NCBI GenBank assembly: GCA_030390025.1
Contig: CM059432.1
Location: forward strand, 63,428,001 to 63,492,000
Reading direction: 5' to 3'
Length of the DNA stretch: 64,000 bases
Source of the DNA: Squalus acanthias
Lineage: Eukaryota
Below are positions 39,283 through 52,039 of this stretch, piece by piece. The notes beneath the pieces are model-generated. The model did not search any database. It saw only the letters and a list, made by a program, of their open reading frames with translations, and had not been told where the DNA came from. Position 1 is the stretch's first letter; every line of letters begins with the position of its first letter. The translations under genes and the position numbers were made by a program.

Positions 39283-41236
39283 ATGGCCAGCCAACGTCCC
39301 AGGTCTGCTCCCAGGTTCGATGACGTTGCCCTGCAAGCTTTGGTGGATGGAGCAAGAGACAACAGAGAGGTGCTCTTCCCCTCCTCAGGGAGGAAGAAGC
39401 CTCCCCAGCAGACCAAGGCTGTGTGGGTCCAGATCGCCCAGGAGGTCAACTCCTTATCATTCACCTGCAGAACCTGGATCCAGTGCAGGAAGAGGTTTCA
39501 TGACCTTCTACGTACTGCAAAAGTGAGTATGACTTTCCCTTCACCCTCAATCTGATCCCCATTGCCTCTCCTCACCAGCACTCAGCTTTAGCAACCTCTT
39601 CCTCCATATCCCACTTGACACTGACATCCATGCACCCTGACCCATTCCCTCTCCCTCTATGGTCACATTCACCTTACTATTCGACTATGCAGCCCTCACA
39701 CTACCTATCACTGTCATGCTTTGAAAACAACTTACAACACACAGGGAGGGCCCTTAGTCTCGCCACCTCAATCCATCTTTGTCTCCTTCTAAGCATCTAT
39801 GCTATGGATTCTCTATACTCACTCCTTCAATCTCACTCAAACTCACTTGTCTCCCTCATTGCAGGAAAAGAGAGCTCACAATAAAAGGGAAAGAGCCAGG
39901 ACAGGAGGAGGGCTACCCTCATTAGCCCAGCTCACCCCCTGGGAGGATGCGATCCTGGAGATCGTGGGAGTAGAGGAGGATACGCAAGTAGGGGACGGAC
40001 AGACGGCTGCATCACAGCAAGCTGGTGACTGAATAGTGTTCCATCTCTCTCATTGACATTGCATGAGTCGCTGATAATGAATCTGAAGCTCTAACAGATG
40101 GATTTATGATCATCTGCAATATGCAATGTGCATGTAACCTTGGCATCACATCTCTGACTCTTTCCTTTACTCCCCCACAGGACCATCGCAAGCACCCGTC
40201 CCCACTAGCTAGGAGGAAGAGCCTGAGCAGACAGACTCCTCAGAGGAAGCTGCAACCTCTGAGGGCGCAGCGTCAGCAGAACTCAGCGCACCCAGCAACA
40301 GCGCAGACACTCACACCTCAGTGGGACCCTCGGGACATAGATTAGTGTTGTCACCTGGTGTATCACAGCTCACAAGTGAGCATCAGCAGATGGTGGAGAC
40401 AGGGACAGCAGTGGAGAGTTCTAGTCGGAGGGCGTAGGACTCTCCTAGCTCGGCTCAGCTGCATGTCGACCCTCTGCCTCTGGGTCCATCCATAAGATCA
40501 GCGGTGCTGGGACTCCAGGAACAGATGCAGGAGTCTCTGACAGGCTTTGTCTCCAGGGTCGCTGCGAGTGTGGAGCGAATGGAGGTGTCCATAGCGAACA
40601 TGAGCAGAGCCTTTGTGGAGTCATTGGCGCATGAACGCATCACCACGGAAAGGATGGCAACCTCTGTGGAAAGGATGGCTACAGTAGAGGAGAGGATGGC
40701 TACAGCTATGGAGGAGATAAGTCGCCAGAGTGTAGAAAACATGGTCATTTTTCAGAATAGACTGGCATCTCTTGAGGAGCGATGGTCATCTATTGAACAG
40801 AGAAACCAGACCTTCATGGAAGTCCTTCTGAGTAGGACTTCCAGTGCAGATACGGGTCCCCATGGCCCCCCTGATGTGCAGCAAAGTGCTCTCAATCCAC
40901 TTGCAAGCGCTGAGGTGGACCTGACCCATGAGAGGGATGTTGGTGGCACACAACAAGGAGGTGGGGGCTCCTCTCCAAGCGCTCACACTTCCATGCCACT
41001 GACAAGTCCTCGGTCAGAGTCCGCACCCAACTGAGATCGGGGTCTCAACCCCTGCCCAGCCGCAGGAGCAGCAGACTGTTGCCGAGCCCTCGCAGGTTCG
41101 CAACCTCAGAGGACGCCCACCAAAGGTGTCGAGACAGGAGCAGCAACAAACTGAGCAGGGGGCCTCCACTTCTGCTGAAGCCACAGGGGAAGCACCACGT
41201 AGGAGCACGCGTAAGAGAAAGAAACTGCACAAATAG
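39283..41236 (+). pseudogene. Element A Myb/SANT gene (exons 39283-39522, 39865-40024, 40181-41236)
   Basis: APRF...LQALV...WVQIA...RTWIQCRKRFHDL; in-frame TAG at 40210 and 40435; frameshift at about 41030. Confidence 0.88.
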
Positions 41237-41493
41237 TCACAAGGGTAGTCACTTGGGTGAATTTTGATGTTTAATGTGAAAAAGCCATCAGGTGTAAAGT
41301 GTAAATAAAAACTCTGATGGCTGCAGCTGCAGTTGTGGCGTCTGTCATTTCGCTAATGGGACTTCCACAATGAGGCCTTAGGATAACTTGCAATTGTCAG
41401 TATGGTGGTCACATTGTTAGGGATCCGTTGGGTCTGGGCCATTGTCGTAGCTCTGGTAAGAAGCTGCGAGGCAAAAGTGCTTGCTTGTCTAGG

Positions 41494-42741
41494 CTAAGCA
41501 AATCTGGCCAAGGTGAGTGCGTTCCTTGCATTCCGGGCAGCTATGGTCTCGCGTAATGCTGCCGCTGGTTGAGGGCCCTCTGCAAATTGTTCGTTCTCTC
41601 TCTCCTCCTCCTCCTCCTCCTCCTCATCTGAGGAGGCTATGTGAGGAGCCACTTGGTCCTCCGGCATCTGTAAGCCACGACACTGTGCCATATTGTGAAG
41701 TGCACAGCAAACCACGACGATTCTGGAGACCCTGGCTGCTGAGTATTGCAGGGCTCCACCTGATCTATCCAGGCATCTGAAGCGCATCTTCAGCATACCA
41801 ATGGTTTGCTCGATTATGGCTCTGGTGGAAATGTGGCTGGAGTTGTAGCTCTCCTCAGCTGCGTTGGATGGGCTCCTCAACGGCGTCATTAGCCACGTCT
41901 TCAGGGGATAGCCCTTGTCTCCAAGTAGCCAACCGTGAAGTTGGTCTGGCAGACTGAATAGCGGAGGCACACTAGACTGGCGCAGTATGAAGGAGTCATG
42001 GCAACTGCCAGGGTACTTGGCACAAACATGCAGAACTTCCTTCTTGTAGTCACACACCAGCTGAACGTTAAGGGAGTGGAAGCCCTTGCGGTTGACAAAA
42101 ATACCTGGATTGCGATGGGGTGCCTTAAGGGCCACATGTGTGCAGTCAACGACGCCCTGCAGCCTTGGAAAGCCTGCCAGATTAGCTAATCCAACCGCAC
42201 GCGCCGTGACACTTGCGCGATCCTTGGTGAAATGGATGTGATTGTGCGCGATGGCAAAGAGGGCATCGGTTACCTGCGTGATGCAGGTGTGTGCGGCCGC
42301 CTGGGAGATGCCGCTGATGTCTGCTGCTGATCCCTGGAATGAGCCTGAGGCAAAAAAGTTGAGTGCGGTGGTGACTTTGACGGCCACTGGTAAGGGGCGT
42401 CCACCTGGTCCTCTGGGCTCCAGGTCTTGTTGCAGCATTGCGCAGATGTCACCCACTACCTCTCGCGAAAGTCGGAGCCGCCTTTGGCACTGCTGCTCAG
42501 ACATGTTGAGGTAGCTGACCCTGTGTCTGTAGACCCTGTTTGGGGGGTATCTCCTGCGCCGACAGCCTTCCATGCGCTGGCCCCTTCTGTCCTGTGCAGC
42601 TTCAGGTGGGTGAGCAGCAGCTTGGCGCTGCTGCTGTTGGTGGTGCTGTTGGTGCTGCTGTTGTTCATGGTTCTGCTGGTGCCGCGGCTGTTGTTCGTCC
42701 TCATCGGATATCCAGGAGGGAAGGAAATAAATGGCTCCCAT
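41494..42741 (-). CDS. Element A Harbinger transposase, intact ORF (415 aa from MGAIY)
   Basis: Uninterrupted; VDCTHV, GSCHDS, GDKGY, IEQTIG, CCALHN. Confidence 0.92.
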   Translation of the reverse strand: MGAIYFLPSWISDEDEQQPRHQQNHEQQQHQQHHQQQQRQAAAHPPEAAQDRRGQRMEGCRRRRYPPNRVYRHRVSYLNMSEQQCQRRLRLSREVVGDICAMLQQDLEPRGPGGRPLPVAVKVTTALNFFASGSFQGSAADISGISQAAAHTCITQVTDALFAIAHNHIHFTKDRASVTARAVGLANLAGFPRLQGVVDCTHVALKAPHRNPGIFVNRKGFHSLNVQLVCDYKKEVLHVCAKYPGSCHDSFILRQSSVPPLFSLPDQLHGWLLGDKGYPLKTWLMTPLRSPSNAAEESYNSSHISTRAIIEQTIGMLKMRFRCLDRSGGALQYSAARVSRIVVVCCALHNMAQCRGLQMPEDQVAPHIASSDEEEEEEEERENEQFAEGPQPAAALRETIAARNARNALTLARFA

Positions 42742-43383
42742 GCCTCTGGTATATGTCTCAGTTGAGGAAGCCCTCAATGAGGGTGGCGAGAGGGATTTCC
42801 CAGGAGGTCACACTGCAGATGGGTGTCAGGCTCCAAACTTCCAGAGCTGTGGTTATGCCTTCTAAAAGTTCCCCCAGACCTGTTACAACAAAGTCCTGCC
42901 ACCTGCAATTGATGGCTGATCAAATCTCCTATTTAAAGGTTGAGCTGCAGCTGAGAGTCAGCAATCCACTTGTGCTCCCGCCAGGTTTCACTGGAGTGTT
43001 TCCCATCAGGCGTGCTTCACGTGGGAAAAGGGTTAAACTACCTAAAATGTTTCAAAATGGCATTACAGAGCCAATTTAGGGCTTGTTAAGGGCTTTAATG
43101 GCCTCTCCCGCCTCTTGTAGGCAGGACAGAGTCGGGAACACCCCGACCGATTTTATCAAAATTGCGTGGAGGCGGAATGGAGTCGGGATCAGGTCCACCC
43201 GCCACTTTTCGCTATTTTAACCCCCCACACGCCTCCAAACCCGACTCCACGGCCCTGTGAAAATCCAGCCCTAAGTGTATGTTGTAAACTGTATATGCAC
43301 TGTCACCTCCTTGGAATAACCTCTCTCCCCATTGACTGATTGCTTCTACCATCTCATCCTCAACTGCCATATATAACAGCAGA

Positions 43384-44603
43384 ATGGGAACCATTTATAC
43401 TCTCTCACCCTGGTCCTCAGAATCTGAAGATGATCATCCGCAGCAGCAGCAGAACCAGGCACAGCAGCACCAACAACAAGAGCACCAACCTTCTCCTCAA
43501 CCACCTGATGCTGCACAGGGCAGAGGCCGTCAGCGCAGGGCTGCACCGCGCCACAGGAGATACCCCCAACACATGGTTTACAGGCCGAGGATGAGCTTCC
43601 TCAACATGACTGAGCAGCAGTGCCAAAGGAGGCTGAGACTAGCGTGACAGGTAGTCGCAGACATTTGCACAATACTTGATCAAGACCTGCAGCCCAGAGG
43701 AGCAGGTGGACACACCTTACCAGTGGCTGTCAAAGTCACCACTGTCCTCAACTTCTTTGCGTCAGGCTCCTTCCAGGGATCTGCAGCAGAGATTAGCGGC
43801 ATCTCCCAGTCGGTCGCACACAGATGCATCATGCAGGTCACCGATGCCCTCTTTGACAAGTCCGCCAATTATATCCACTTTTCCACTGATGAAGCCAATG
43901 TTATTGAGCGGGCGCTCGGCTTTGTTAATCTGGCTGGCTTCCCATGGGTGCAGAGCGTCATCGACTGCACACATGTGGCCATCAGGGCACCCCATCAGAA
44001 CGCAGCAGTATTTGTCAACCACAAGGGCTTCCACTCCCTTAACAGTAGCTGGTCTGCAACCATAGGAAGAGCATCATGCATGTGTGCGCAAGATTCCCTG
44101 GCAGCTGCTATGACTCTTACATCCTGCGCCAATCCACTGTCCCTCAGCTCTTCGCACCGCCAAACAAACTTTCTGGCTGGCTCCTTGGAGACAAGGGCTA
44201 TTCCCTGAAGACGTGGCTGATGACACCGTTGAGGAGGCCATCAAATGAGTCTGAGGAGCGTTACAATCAAAGCCACATTTCTACCAGAAGTCTCATAGAG
44301 CAAACAATAGGGTTGGTCAAAGTGCGCTTCAGATACCTGGACAGATGGTGGAGCCCCTCAGTATGCACCAGCCAGGGTCTCCAGAATCATTGTTGTCTGC
44401 TGCGCCCTGCACAATATCGCAGGATTAGTGCTGCATGAGGAAAAAGGCGCAGAGCGCACAGCCTCTTCAGAGGAGGAGGAGGAGGAGGAGGAGGAGCAGA
44501 ATGAAGTTCAGCAAGAGGAAAACATGGAGGAGGCAGCTGACCCAGTGTGACTACTGCTGCCTGTGATGCCAGGGATGGCCTAATCAATGTCAGATTCATG
44601 TAA
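43384..44603 (+). pseudogene. Element B transposase, disrupted
   Basis: Homologous to A; TGA at 43645 and frameshifts at about 44045 and 44345. Confidence 0.9.
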
Positions 44604-44890
44604 CTTTATGCAGCACAGACATATGGCTGCCACATGCACATGAAGGTTGGCATGACCACACTGCAACACCATAGAGCATCTCTACAATGAACTGTTCAAT
44701 CCTTGCACTGTCACCACCATTGCTGGACAATAAAGGTGCCCTTACCCTTATCTGTGCCACTTCCATTTGTGACCACACATATGGCAACAAAATCAAACAT
44801 TCAGAAAAAATTTACTTTATTACAGCAAAATAAAAGAACAGAATCTTAACACTCATTTATAGCAATTCACCCAAGTGACTACCCTTGTGA

Positions 44891-46795
44891 CTATTTCTGT
44901 GGGAGCTTTCTTTTACGCGTGCTTCTACGTGGTGCTACCCCTGTGGCTTCACCAGATGTAGAGGCAGCCTGCTCACTTCCCTGCTGCGTCTGCTTAGACA
45001 CCTTTGGCGGTCATCCTCTGGGTTTTGGAGCCTTTGAGGACCCCGCCAAAATCTGCTCCTCCTGCGGCTGTGCAGGGGCAGACTCGGCCATCACTGCTCG
45101 GGGAGACATATAGGGCTCTGACCGAGGGGTTGCCAAGGGGCAGGGGGGGGAGGGGGGGAAGTGTGAATGCTTGGAGAGGCGCCCCCACTTCCATGTCCCC
45201 TCCAATCATCATCCCTCTCATGGGCCACCCACACTTCTCTGCTAGCAAGTAGCTGGAGAGCATCTTGCTGCACATCAGTGGGGCCATGAGGACTCATTTC
45301 TCTGCTGACATTCCTCATAACAAGGACGTCCATGAACCTTTGGTTTCTCTCCTCAATAGATGGCCATCTATCCTCCATAGATAACCATCTATTTAGAAAT
45401 GTTAGCATGTTCTCCTGAGTCTGGCGATTTATGTCCTCCATGGAGGTTGCCATCTTTTCCATGGCGGAACCTACAGTTGCCAGCGTGTGAGCCATGGCAT
45501 TGCTCATATTTGAGAAGGACGCCTCCATTCTCTGCACACTCGCAGTCACTGTGGTTGCAAACCCTGTCAGAGCCTCCTGAACTTGTTCCTGAAGCTCCAG
45601 AATTGCCCTCTTCCTGGATGGCCCCTGAGGCTTAGCGTCTGCATGCAGCTCAGCAGAGCTAGGAGACTCCTGCGGCCTCCGATGAGGAGTCTCCACTGCT
45701 GTCCCTGTCTCCACCATCTGATCTTGCTCACTTGTGAGCTGTGATACACCAGGTGACAACACTACTCTATCCCGCATAGGACCCACCGAGGTGTGCGTCT
45801 CTGCGCTGGTGCTGGGTGCGCTCATTTCTGCTGATGCTGCACCCTCAGAGGCTGGTGCATCCTCTGAGGAGTGCTCCTGCTCTTCCTCCTGGCCAGTGGG
45901 GGGCCAGGCTCTTGATGGTGCTGTGGGAGAGTAAAGACATGAGTTAGACATGTGATATGTAGATTGCAGACACAGCCTATTATGCACATGATGAGCATTC
46001 AATTTCTATTGACATCAGATCCCAACTGAGTCACTCATGAATGCAAAATAAGATGTCTGGAAAATAATTCTGTCACCAGGTTGTTCTAATGAGCCCCTCT
46101 CTCCGTCCCCCACTTCAGGCTGGTCAACTTCTCCTGTGCTGGTGAGCTCAGCCAGTGATGGTGGTCCTCCTCCTGTTCTCTCCCTCTCCCTCTTATTGTG
46201 GGCTCTCTTTTCCTGCAATGAGGGAAAGAAGTGCAGTTTTAGTGAGAGTGATGGAATGAGTGTAAAGAATGGATAGGATAGAATTTTAGAGGGAGACTAT
46301 GATGGAGTGGGGTGCCAATACCAAGTTGCCTCCTTTTGAGTTGTTAGTTGTTGTCATTGCATAATGTTGAGGGTGAGTGTGAGGGGTGCATAGTAAGATG
46401 GGGATGTGATTCTGTAGATAAGGAGACAGGGATGGGTGATGGTGCAAGGGATGTTGGGGTGAGTTAGGATGTGCAGGAGTAGGGATGGTAATGCAGAGTG
46501 ATGGGGATGTGATGACAGGCACAGCAGAATGAAGGTAAGTGTGCTTTTATACTCACTTTTCCTGAATACAGGAGATCATTGAACCTCTTCCTGCATTGCA
46601 CCCAGGTGCGAGTAACAACAGACCTTGGATTCACCTCTTCAGCTATTTGCAGCCAGGCTGCCTTGGTCTGGTGAGGAGGTCTCCTCCATCCATTCCCAGG
46701 GAATAGAACCTCTCTGCGTCCTTTGACTCCCTCCAAAAGAACATGAGGGAGTCATCATTGAAGCGTGGCGCAGCCCTCTGTCTCTCTGCAGTCAT
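44891..46795 (-). pseudogene. Element B Myb/SANT gene (exons 46795-46557, 46212-46077, 45920-44891), disrupted
   Basis: Same exon phases as A; frameshifts; RG*PP (CGA to TGA). Confidence 0.87.
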
Positions 46796-47280
46796 TTTGC
46801 CATCAAGCAGCACTCAGGAGTGTGGAAGTAGAAGTGACAGCAAATGGGTTCATGGCCCCCTTAAATACACCGGCAGTAAATGCGTCATCAGAGGAGCTGA
46901 ACAGACCCGCACCTTGTGATTGGGCCGGGCAACGCGCACGGAGGGCTTAACAAGCCCAATCAGTGGAAAATTGTTTGAGCAGAGCGGCTGCAGCCGGGAG
47001 CGGGACCGGAACCGGAACCCGCCTCAGCTGGGAAAATCCAGCCCCATATCTCTGTTAATGGACTTAAGTCAGTAATCCAATCAAGAGATTCAAATGATGA
47101 ACATAACCACTTGGGATTTGCTTTCACACCTTATGATGCCATCTAAACCCACTGATTGGATTACTGTCCGTTAATTTGCTGACAGAAGTTCAGTGTTTCT
47201 ATCTGGTAGGTCCTGTGCTAATGGTGAAACCAAGAAGGCTTATTGGTACTCCATTTTATACTCTGTTCTGGTTTTCTTAC

Positions 47281-47403
47281 CTGATAATACATATGAATCC
47301 TGTAACGTCTCACTTTTGCGGATAAGAAATAAGCCAACCTTTTTGACTGGAAGAAAGGAGATGGTTTTCCGTCTGAAATCGGGACATTTTTCCACAATAC
47401 CAT
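47281..47403 (-). CDS. Kinase exon 2 (SH2 N-half), carries a +1 frameshift
   Basis: TAG/GTAAGA; WYCGKMSRFQTENHLL in one frame and PVKKVGLFLIRKSET...YVLS in the next; 123 nt where 3n+2 is required. Confidence 0.88.
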
Positions 47404-48028
47404 CTATAATGGAAATGAGTATGACGTTAAGTAATCAACACAAGTGTTAACTTGTTATTTTGCAATGCAGAGGCTAACTACATACAAATGGATTATCAGT
47501 TGATGTTTTTCCTCTTTGCATAATTTGCAATTTTTCAGTGCACTGATAAAATCTGCATAAAATACATCTTGCAAAGTAACATGAGAGATGTCCAGAAGAT
47601 ATAATGCTTATTCAGTTTTACCAATAAAATGTTTCAGTTCATATAAGAACACAAGAAAGCATAGAACAAGGCCATTGGACCCAATAAAGACTTTTCATCC
47701 ACAGACAATGTGCAAATTAACCGATCATAGATTCTACTCTATCCATTTAATCTCCTGAGGAGATAAGCATAAACATTCTATAATCCTAATGTAATCAAGA
47801 GAAAACACAAAATCTCCATTGAACTGATACATGCCTCCACAATTTATCCTTAACTCTAACCAGGTCACAAGATAACTACAGATCAGGAAGGCCATTCGAT
47901 CTATTTTAACTCATTCATTCAGAAAGACCTTACAGTCTCCCCAGTATCCAACACATTGCTTAAATTACTGCAGGGATTTTGATTCTATGACCTACCCAGG
48001 AGTCCATTCCATGTATTGATCACTTGTT

Positions 48029-48212
48029 GGGGTAGATTGTGACTTTGTGCGATAGTGTAAATGGGTGATAGCGAGTTGGCAGTCCATTTTATATCGTTCC
48101 CAATTTTTATCTCCATTGAAGACAATGGAAATAAATATCTGGAGAGATGTAAACGGGGCTGCCAACTCTCTATCACCCGTTTACATTATCGCACAAAGTC
48201 ACGATCTACCCC
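48029..48212. mobile_element. 184-bp fully palindromic MITE inside a CR1 remnant
   Basis: GGGGTAGATTGTGACTTTGTGCGATA... / ...TATCGCACAAAGTCACGATCTACCCC; flanks GTT/ATT. Confidence 0.85.
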
Positions 48213-48969
48213 ATTGTGTGAAGAAGAGCTTCCTGACATCAGCCCTAAATTTGCCCAATTTGAACATGTTGTTACAATTCAGGCTGTCTCTCAACATGGT
48301 TTACTCATGTTCACAAAAGGCAGCTTCCATAAGCAGCCCACATGACTAAGTAACATGGTTGGCCAGAGTGAATTATATAACCTACAATTGCTGCTTAGAT
48401 ATAGCTGGTCCAGGCAGCTTCTAACATGTCAGAACAAAAGAGACATTTTCTCACTGAGCGAAGAAACCCCAGATTCCTTCTCAACAATTATATCTTTCAG
48501 GCAAATGGAGCTTGACTACTACCCTTACCCTCCTCATCCATGTGCTGAAATACCAGATCATTTTCTCTGGACAGTTTACTTTTGTAAGATAAAAGTCAAT
48601 TCTTGATGGAAGGCAATGGAAATACCATATGTAACATGGTGATGATATATATCCTATTTTCAATAATTACTGTCTTGTGCTGATTCAGAATCACACCAGT
48701 ATAATTGAGATGTCCTGGATTGTTAGTCACTAACCTGAAACAGAAATAACTTTAAAAAGAAAAAAGTTGTACCAGAACAGGTGCTGTAAAAACCTATTAC
48801 TGCCATTTTTTATTGCTTTTTTATTTATGTTGTTGCCATTTGCCTTAGTACCATTTTCTAAGGGGCTGCCATTTATCACAACTGCTCTTTTCAGATGGGA
48901 CATGATAGATTTTCCGTTGGGAAATGTTCTCTACCTTTCCTTTTGGGAAGGAAAAAGAAAGTGCAACAG

Positions 48970-49300
48970 AAAGATGCCGACTGGTGAGGCTGCACTACAG
49001 GAACATGGCATCTTGCCACCTGGACCACATACCAGAGTATATAAGCAGAGGTGCTCCTACCATGCAATATACACAGAAGCTTCACTTTCCAAAGGAAGCC
49101 ATCAACAAGTTATGGCAAATGTTGCAAACTGACCTTCTGCCTCCCTCCACCACACGCACCACTCTGCCAGTGACTGCTAAGGTCACAACCGTCCTTCACT
49201 TTTATTCTACAGGGTCATTCCAGGCTGCCAAACAGCTGTGCACAGATTTGTCAAGCAAGTGATGGATACATTGTTTTCTAGAGCTAGAGATTTCATTATG
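48970..49300 (+). pseudogene. Degenerate Harbinger transposase fragment
   Basis: LPVTAKVTTVLHFYSTGSFQAA. Confidence 0.7.
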
Positions 49301-50700
49301 GTAACATGACAGGCTCTGCCATTTTAACGAAAGGCAGAATTCAAGATCTAAGGAGTCATGGTTTGCTGCCATGTAGCTATACGTGGTCCCTTGATATGGC
49401 TTTAAAGCCATGCAATCTAATGAACTTGATGGAGATGGCTTAAAGCCTACTCCAGGCCAAAGTCACTTTCTACAACATTAAAGAGAAGTAAATTAACAAA
49501 AATCAAATCTGAAAATATGAAATAAAGACAGAAATTGCTGGAAATACACAACAGGTCGGTCAGCATCTGAAAGAGAAAGATAATACACCCTGTGGGACCC
49601 TTCAACAGATCATTTATCAAAAAATTGTGGCCAGGCTGTTATTCCTTTATCAGATTAACTACAGCAGCATTACACCAATTGCTGCTACTTAGACCAGACT
49701 TCCAAGTTCCTGAAACTGCATCTCAGACTTCTTTATCTGTTCAAACAGTCTTTACAGAATGCCACCACTTCTTTTGCTTGTGGCACAAATTCATGATCTG
49801 GAATTTCGAGGGAGCGGGAAAGTCAACACAGAGTTGACTAGCACTCGATGACAGTAGATTGCTGGAGTATGTTTTAGACTGTGGGAAATTGTGAGGCTCG
49901 TTAGCACCTCCATGTATTGCTTAGTTCTCAAAGGAGTGGGAGGCTTAAAGTTGCCTCTGTTCATTCCTTGGTGTTGTGTGCTCGTGTTCCAATGTATTCC
50001 TTTCAGCAGCACTTAAAAAAAAAAAATCCTTTTAAGCCTGTGAATGCTCACCACCACCTTCTCAGAGCAACCAGTGATGGGCTATGAATGTAGCCTTGCC
50101 AGCGACACCCACACCCAAGAACAAATTTTTTATAAAAGCAGCAAACAGCAAGGCCCACAAATGGCGATGAGATGAAAGAACACTTTGGGGTAGAATTTCC
50201 GCAGGGGCTCTCCTGATCTCCCGCCGTAACTTCGGCAGAAATCCCAGGAAACAGTGTAAACGGCTGACAAATCCAGATCAAACCTTTTATCCTTCTACCT
50301 GAACCATGAATATCATTCTGATAGGATAAGGAAGATTAAATGACACTTTATTGAAGCACAATCATACTTTTTATGCTAAAACCTATAACTTAAAAGTAAT
50401 ATGTATTTGTATTTTTATACTTTTATTATTTTAATAAGAACTCCTGAAATAAAATCAAAACTTGTGTGGGGATCGTGCTTACGTTTTTCGTCAGTGGCTT
50501 AGTTACTTATTGGATAAACTTACTGACCCACACAGACCAGGAAGGACCCAGGTTCAAACCCGATTCTGCGCTGAGTGAGCTGATCTCAGCTGGTGCTGTG
50601 GTAGGAGGCTACATTTGGCCTCAGTCTGCCTGGATTGCTATCAATTTCATGATTGAAATGCAGGAGGTGAGATATCGTTTTACGTGTGGTTAATACTCAC

Positions 50701-51188
50701 GGTTCTCCCTCCAAGCTCTTCTCTTTCGCGAGTATCTCGACAGGCACAAACCCAGAGCAGTATTTTTTGTGTTTGTATGATTTTCGAGAACCTTTCCAAA
50801 GTTTCTGAGCAAGCCACCAATCCCCTTCCTTGCTGAGGATCTCCAGGCGCTCTCCTTTTCTCACGCTCAGCTCCTCGTGGGTGATTGCCATATAATCAAA
50901 CTGTACTATATAGATCTCTGAGGAATGTGGAACTTCACTCTTGCACAATTCTTCATCTTCCCTATTAATGTCAGGGTTTGCAATACCACAACATGAGTTT
51001 TGTGCACTCTGCTGCACAGTGTTCGTTGCTGGGACAGGCAACGGCCTAGCTTCGTGAGTGCACACTGCAGCTCCAGAGGATTCATTTGTGGTCTGGTTTG
51101 TGAATCCTGGTGGTCTTACACTTTTCTCATCCTCCAAGGTGGAATTAGGATTCGAAGGATAGCTGAAACAACAGCATAAGACTGCCAT
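50701..51188 (-). CDS. Kinase exon 1 (Cys-rich unique domain and SH3)
   Basis: QFDY...EELSVRKGE...DWWLA...GFVP; GTGAGT donor in phase 2; an alternative in-frame ATG lies at 51263. Confidence 0.85.
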
Positions 51189-52039
51189 AGTGCTGATGTG
51201 AATGAGTCTGTACAGATGTCTCCTTTTGCAGAACTGTTTGTGCACCGATATAAATAGTCGCATTTTAAACAAGTGGAAGTTTAAGGTTAGAGTGAGGAAG
51301 TGCTTTTTCACTTAGATGGGGAATTTCTTTGTGGGTTTAAAGAACATTTAGGAATTTGTCATTTTCTATTAAAAATACTTTGTGCACGTACAGTACAGAA
51401 GATTGAAATTCAAAGGAAGGGAAACTAACAAGCATTTGACATTGCAGTCTTAAAAGGTGGAAGGACAAGTTGATAAAACTGTAAAAAAGGAGATATGGGG
51501 GTAATTTTCATCTGGTTACTACTCCGTTCACGCTGAAAATTGGAGTGATAGGCAAAGGAAATGTTATTAAACAATGCTGCTGCCCGCAGGCTGTCTGACT
51601 CGATTTTCATACTATGGGCAGTCAGTGTTCCCACCTGAAACAGGCAGGAGCCTTATTTAAGTATGTAAATTTTGGTCTTACGATGGTTGTCAGAGCCTGA
51701 AGCAAATTTCAGGTGCCAACGGGTGGAGCGTGTGCCGAACAAGCTCCACCCAATGATATTGGATGTAGAGTGACACAACCAGCAGTCCTTAAAGGCTGCT
51801 TCAAAAATGTTTCCAAAAGACCTGGGGCACTAATTTTTGTGGGGCCAGGAGGTCCTCCTCGCCCCACAAAAAGCTTGCAGCCTGAAGCCGGTTGCTGAGT
51901 GGACTCTGTTGTGGCAGCTGCCTCCTTGCCTGGCATTCACATGCAGGATCTCCTGGTTGGCCTCGCAGACAATCTGCAGAGTTAGTGAGTGGAATCCTTT
52001 CCTGTTCACGTATGTTAGCGGCTATTCTGCTGGCACCTT

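Larger units (their letters stand above)
39003..43271. mobile_element. Full-length Harbinger element A (4269 bp) with TAA TSD
   Basis: TIRs AGGCTGGATTTT / AAAATCCAGCCC; TAA at 39000-39002 and 43272-43274; flanks rejoin collinearly with the 27100-27170 copy. Confidence 0.93.
38571..47044. mobile_element. Harbinger element B (host of element A), CAT TSD
   Basis: Termini GGGCCTTGATTTT / AAAATCCAGCCC; CAT at 38568-38570 and 47045-47047; transposase (+) and Myb gene (-). Confidence 0.85.

Noticed and set aside
41494..42777. Domesticated host gene HARBI1
   Set aside because: It lies between TIRs with a TSD and a partner Myb gene, and related decayed copies are nearby, so it is a transposon ORF.
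42427..43079. Plus-strand ORFs overlapping the transposase start
   Set aside because: Antisense shadows of CAG-rich low-complexity sequence.
47300..47365. Programmed frameshift or Sec readthrough rescuing exon 2
   Set aside because: No supporting stimulatory structure seen; readthrough would not restore the frame; a simple indel is more parsimonious.
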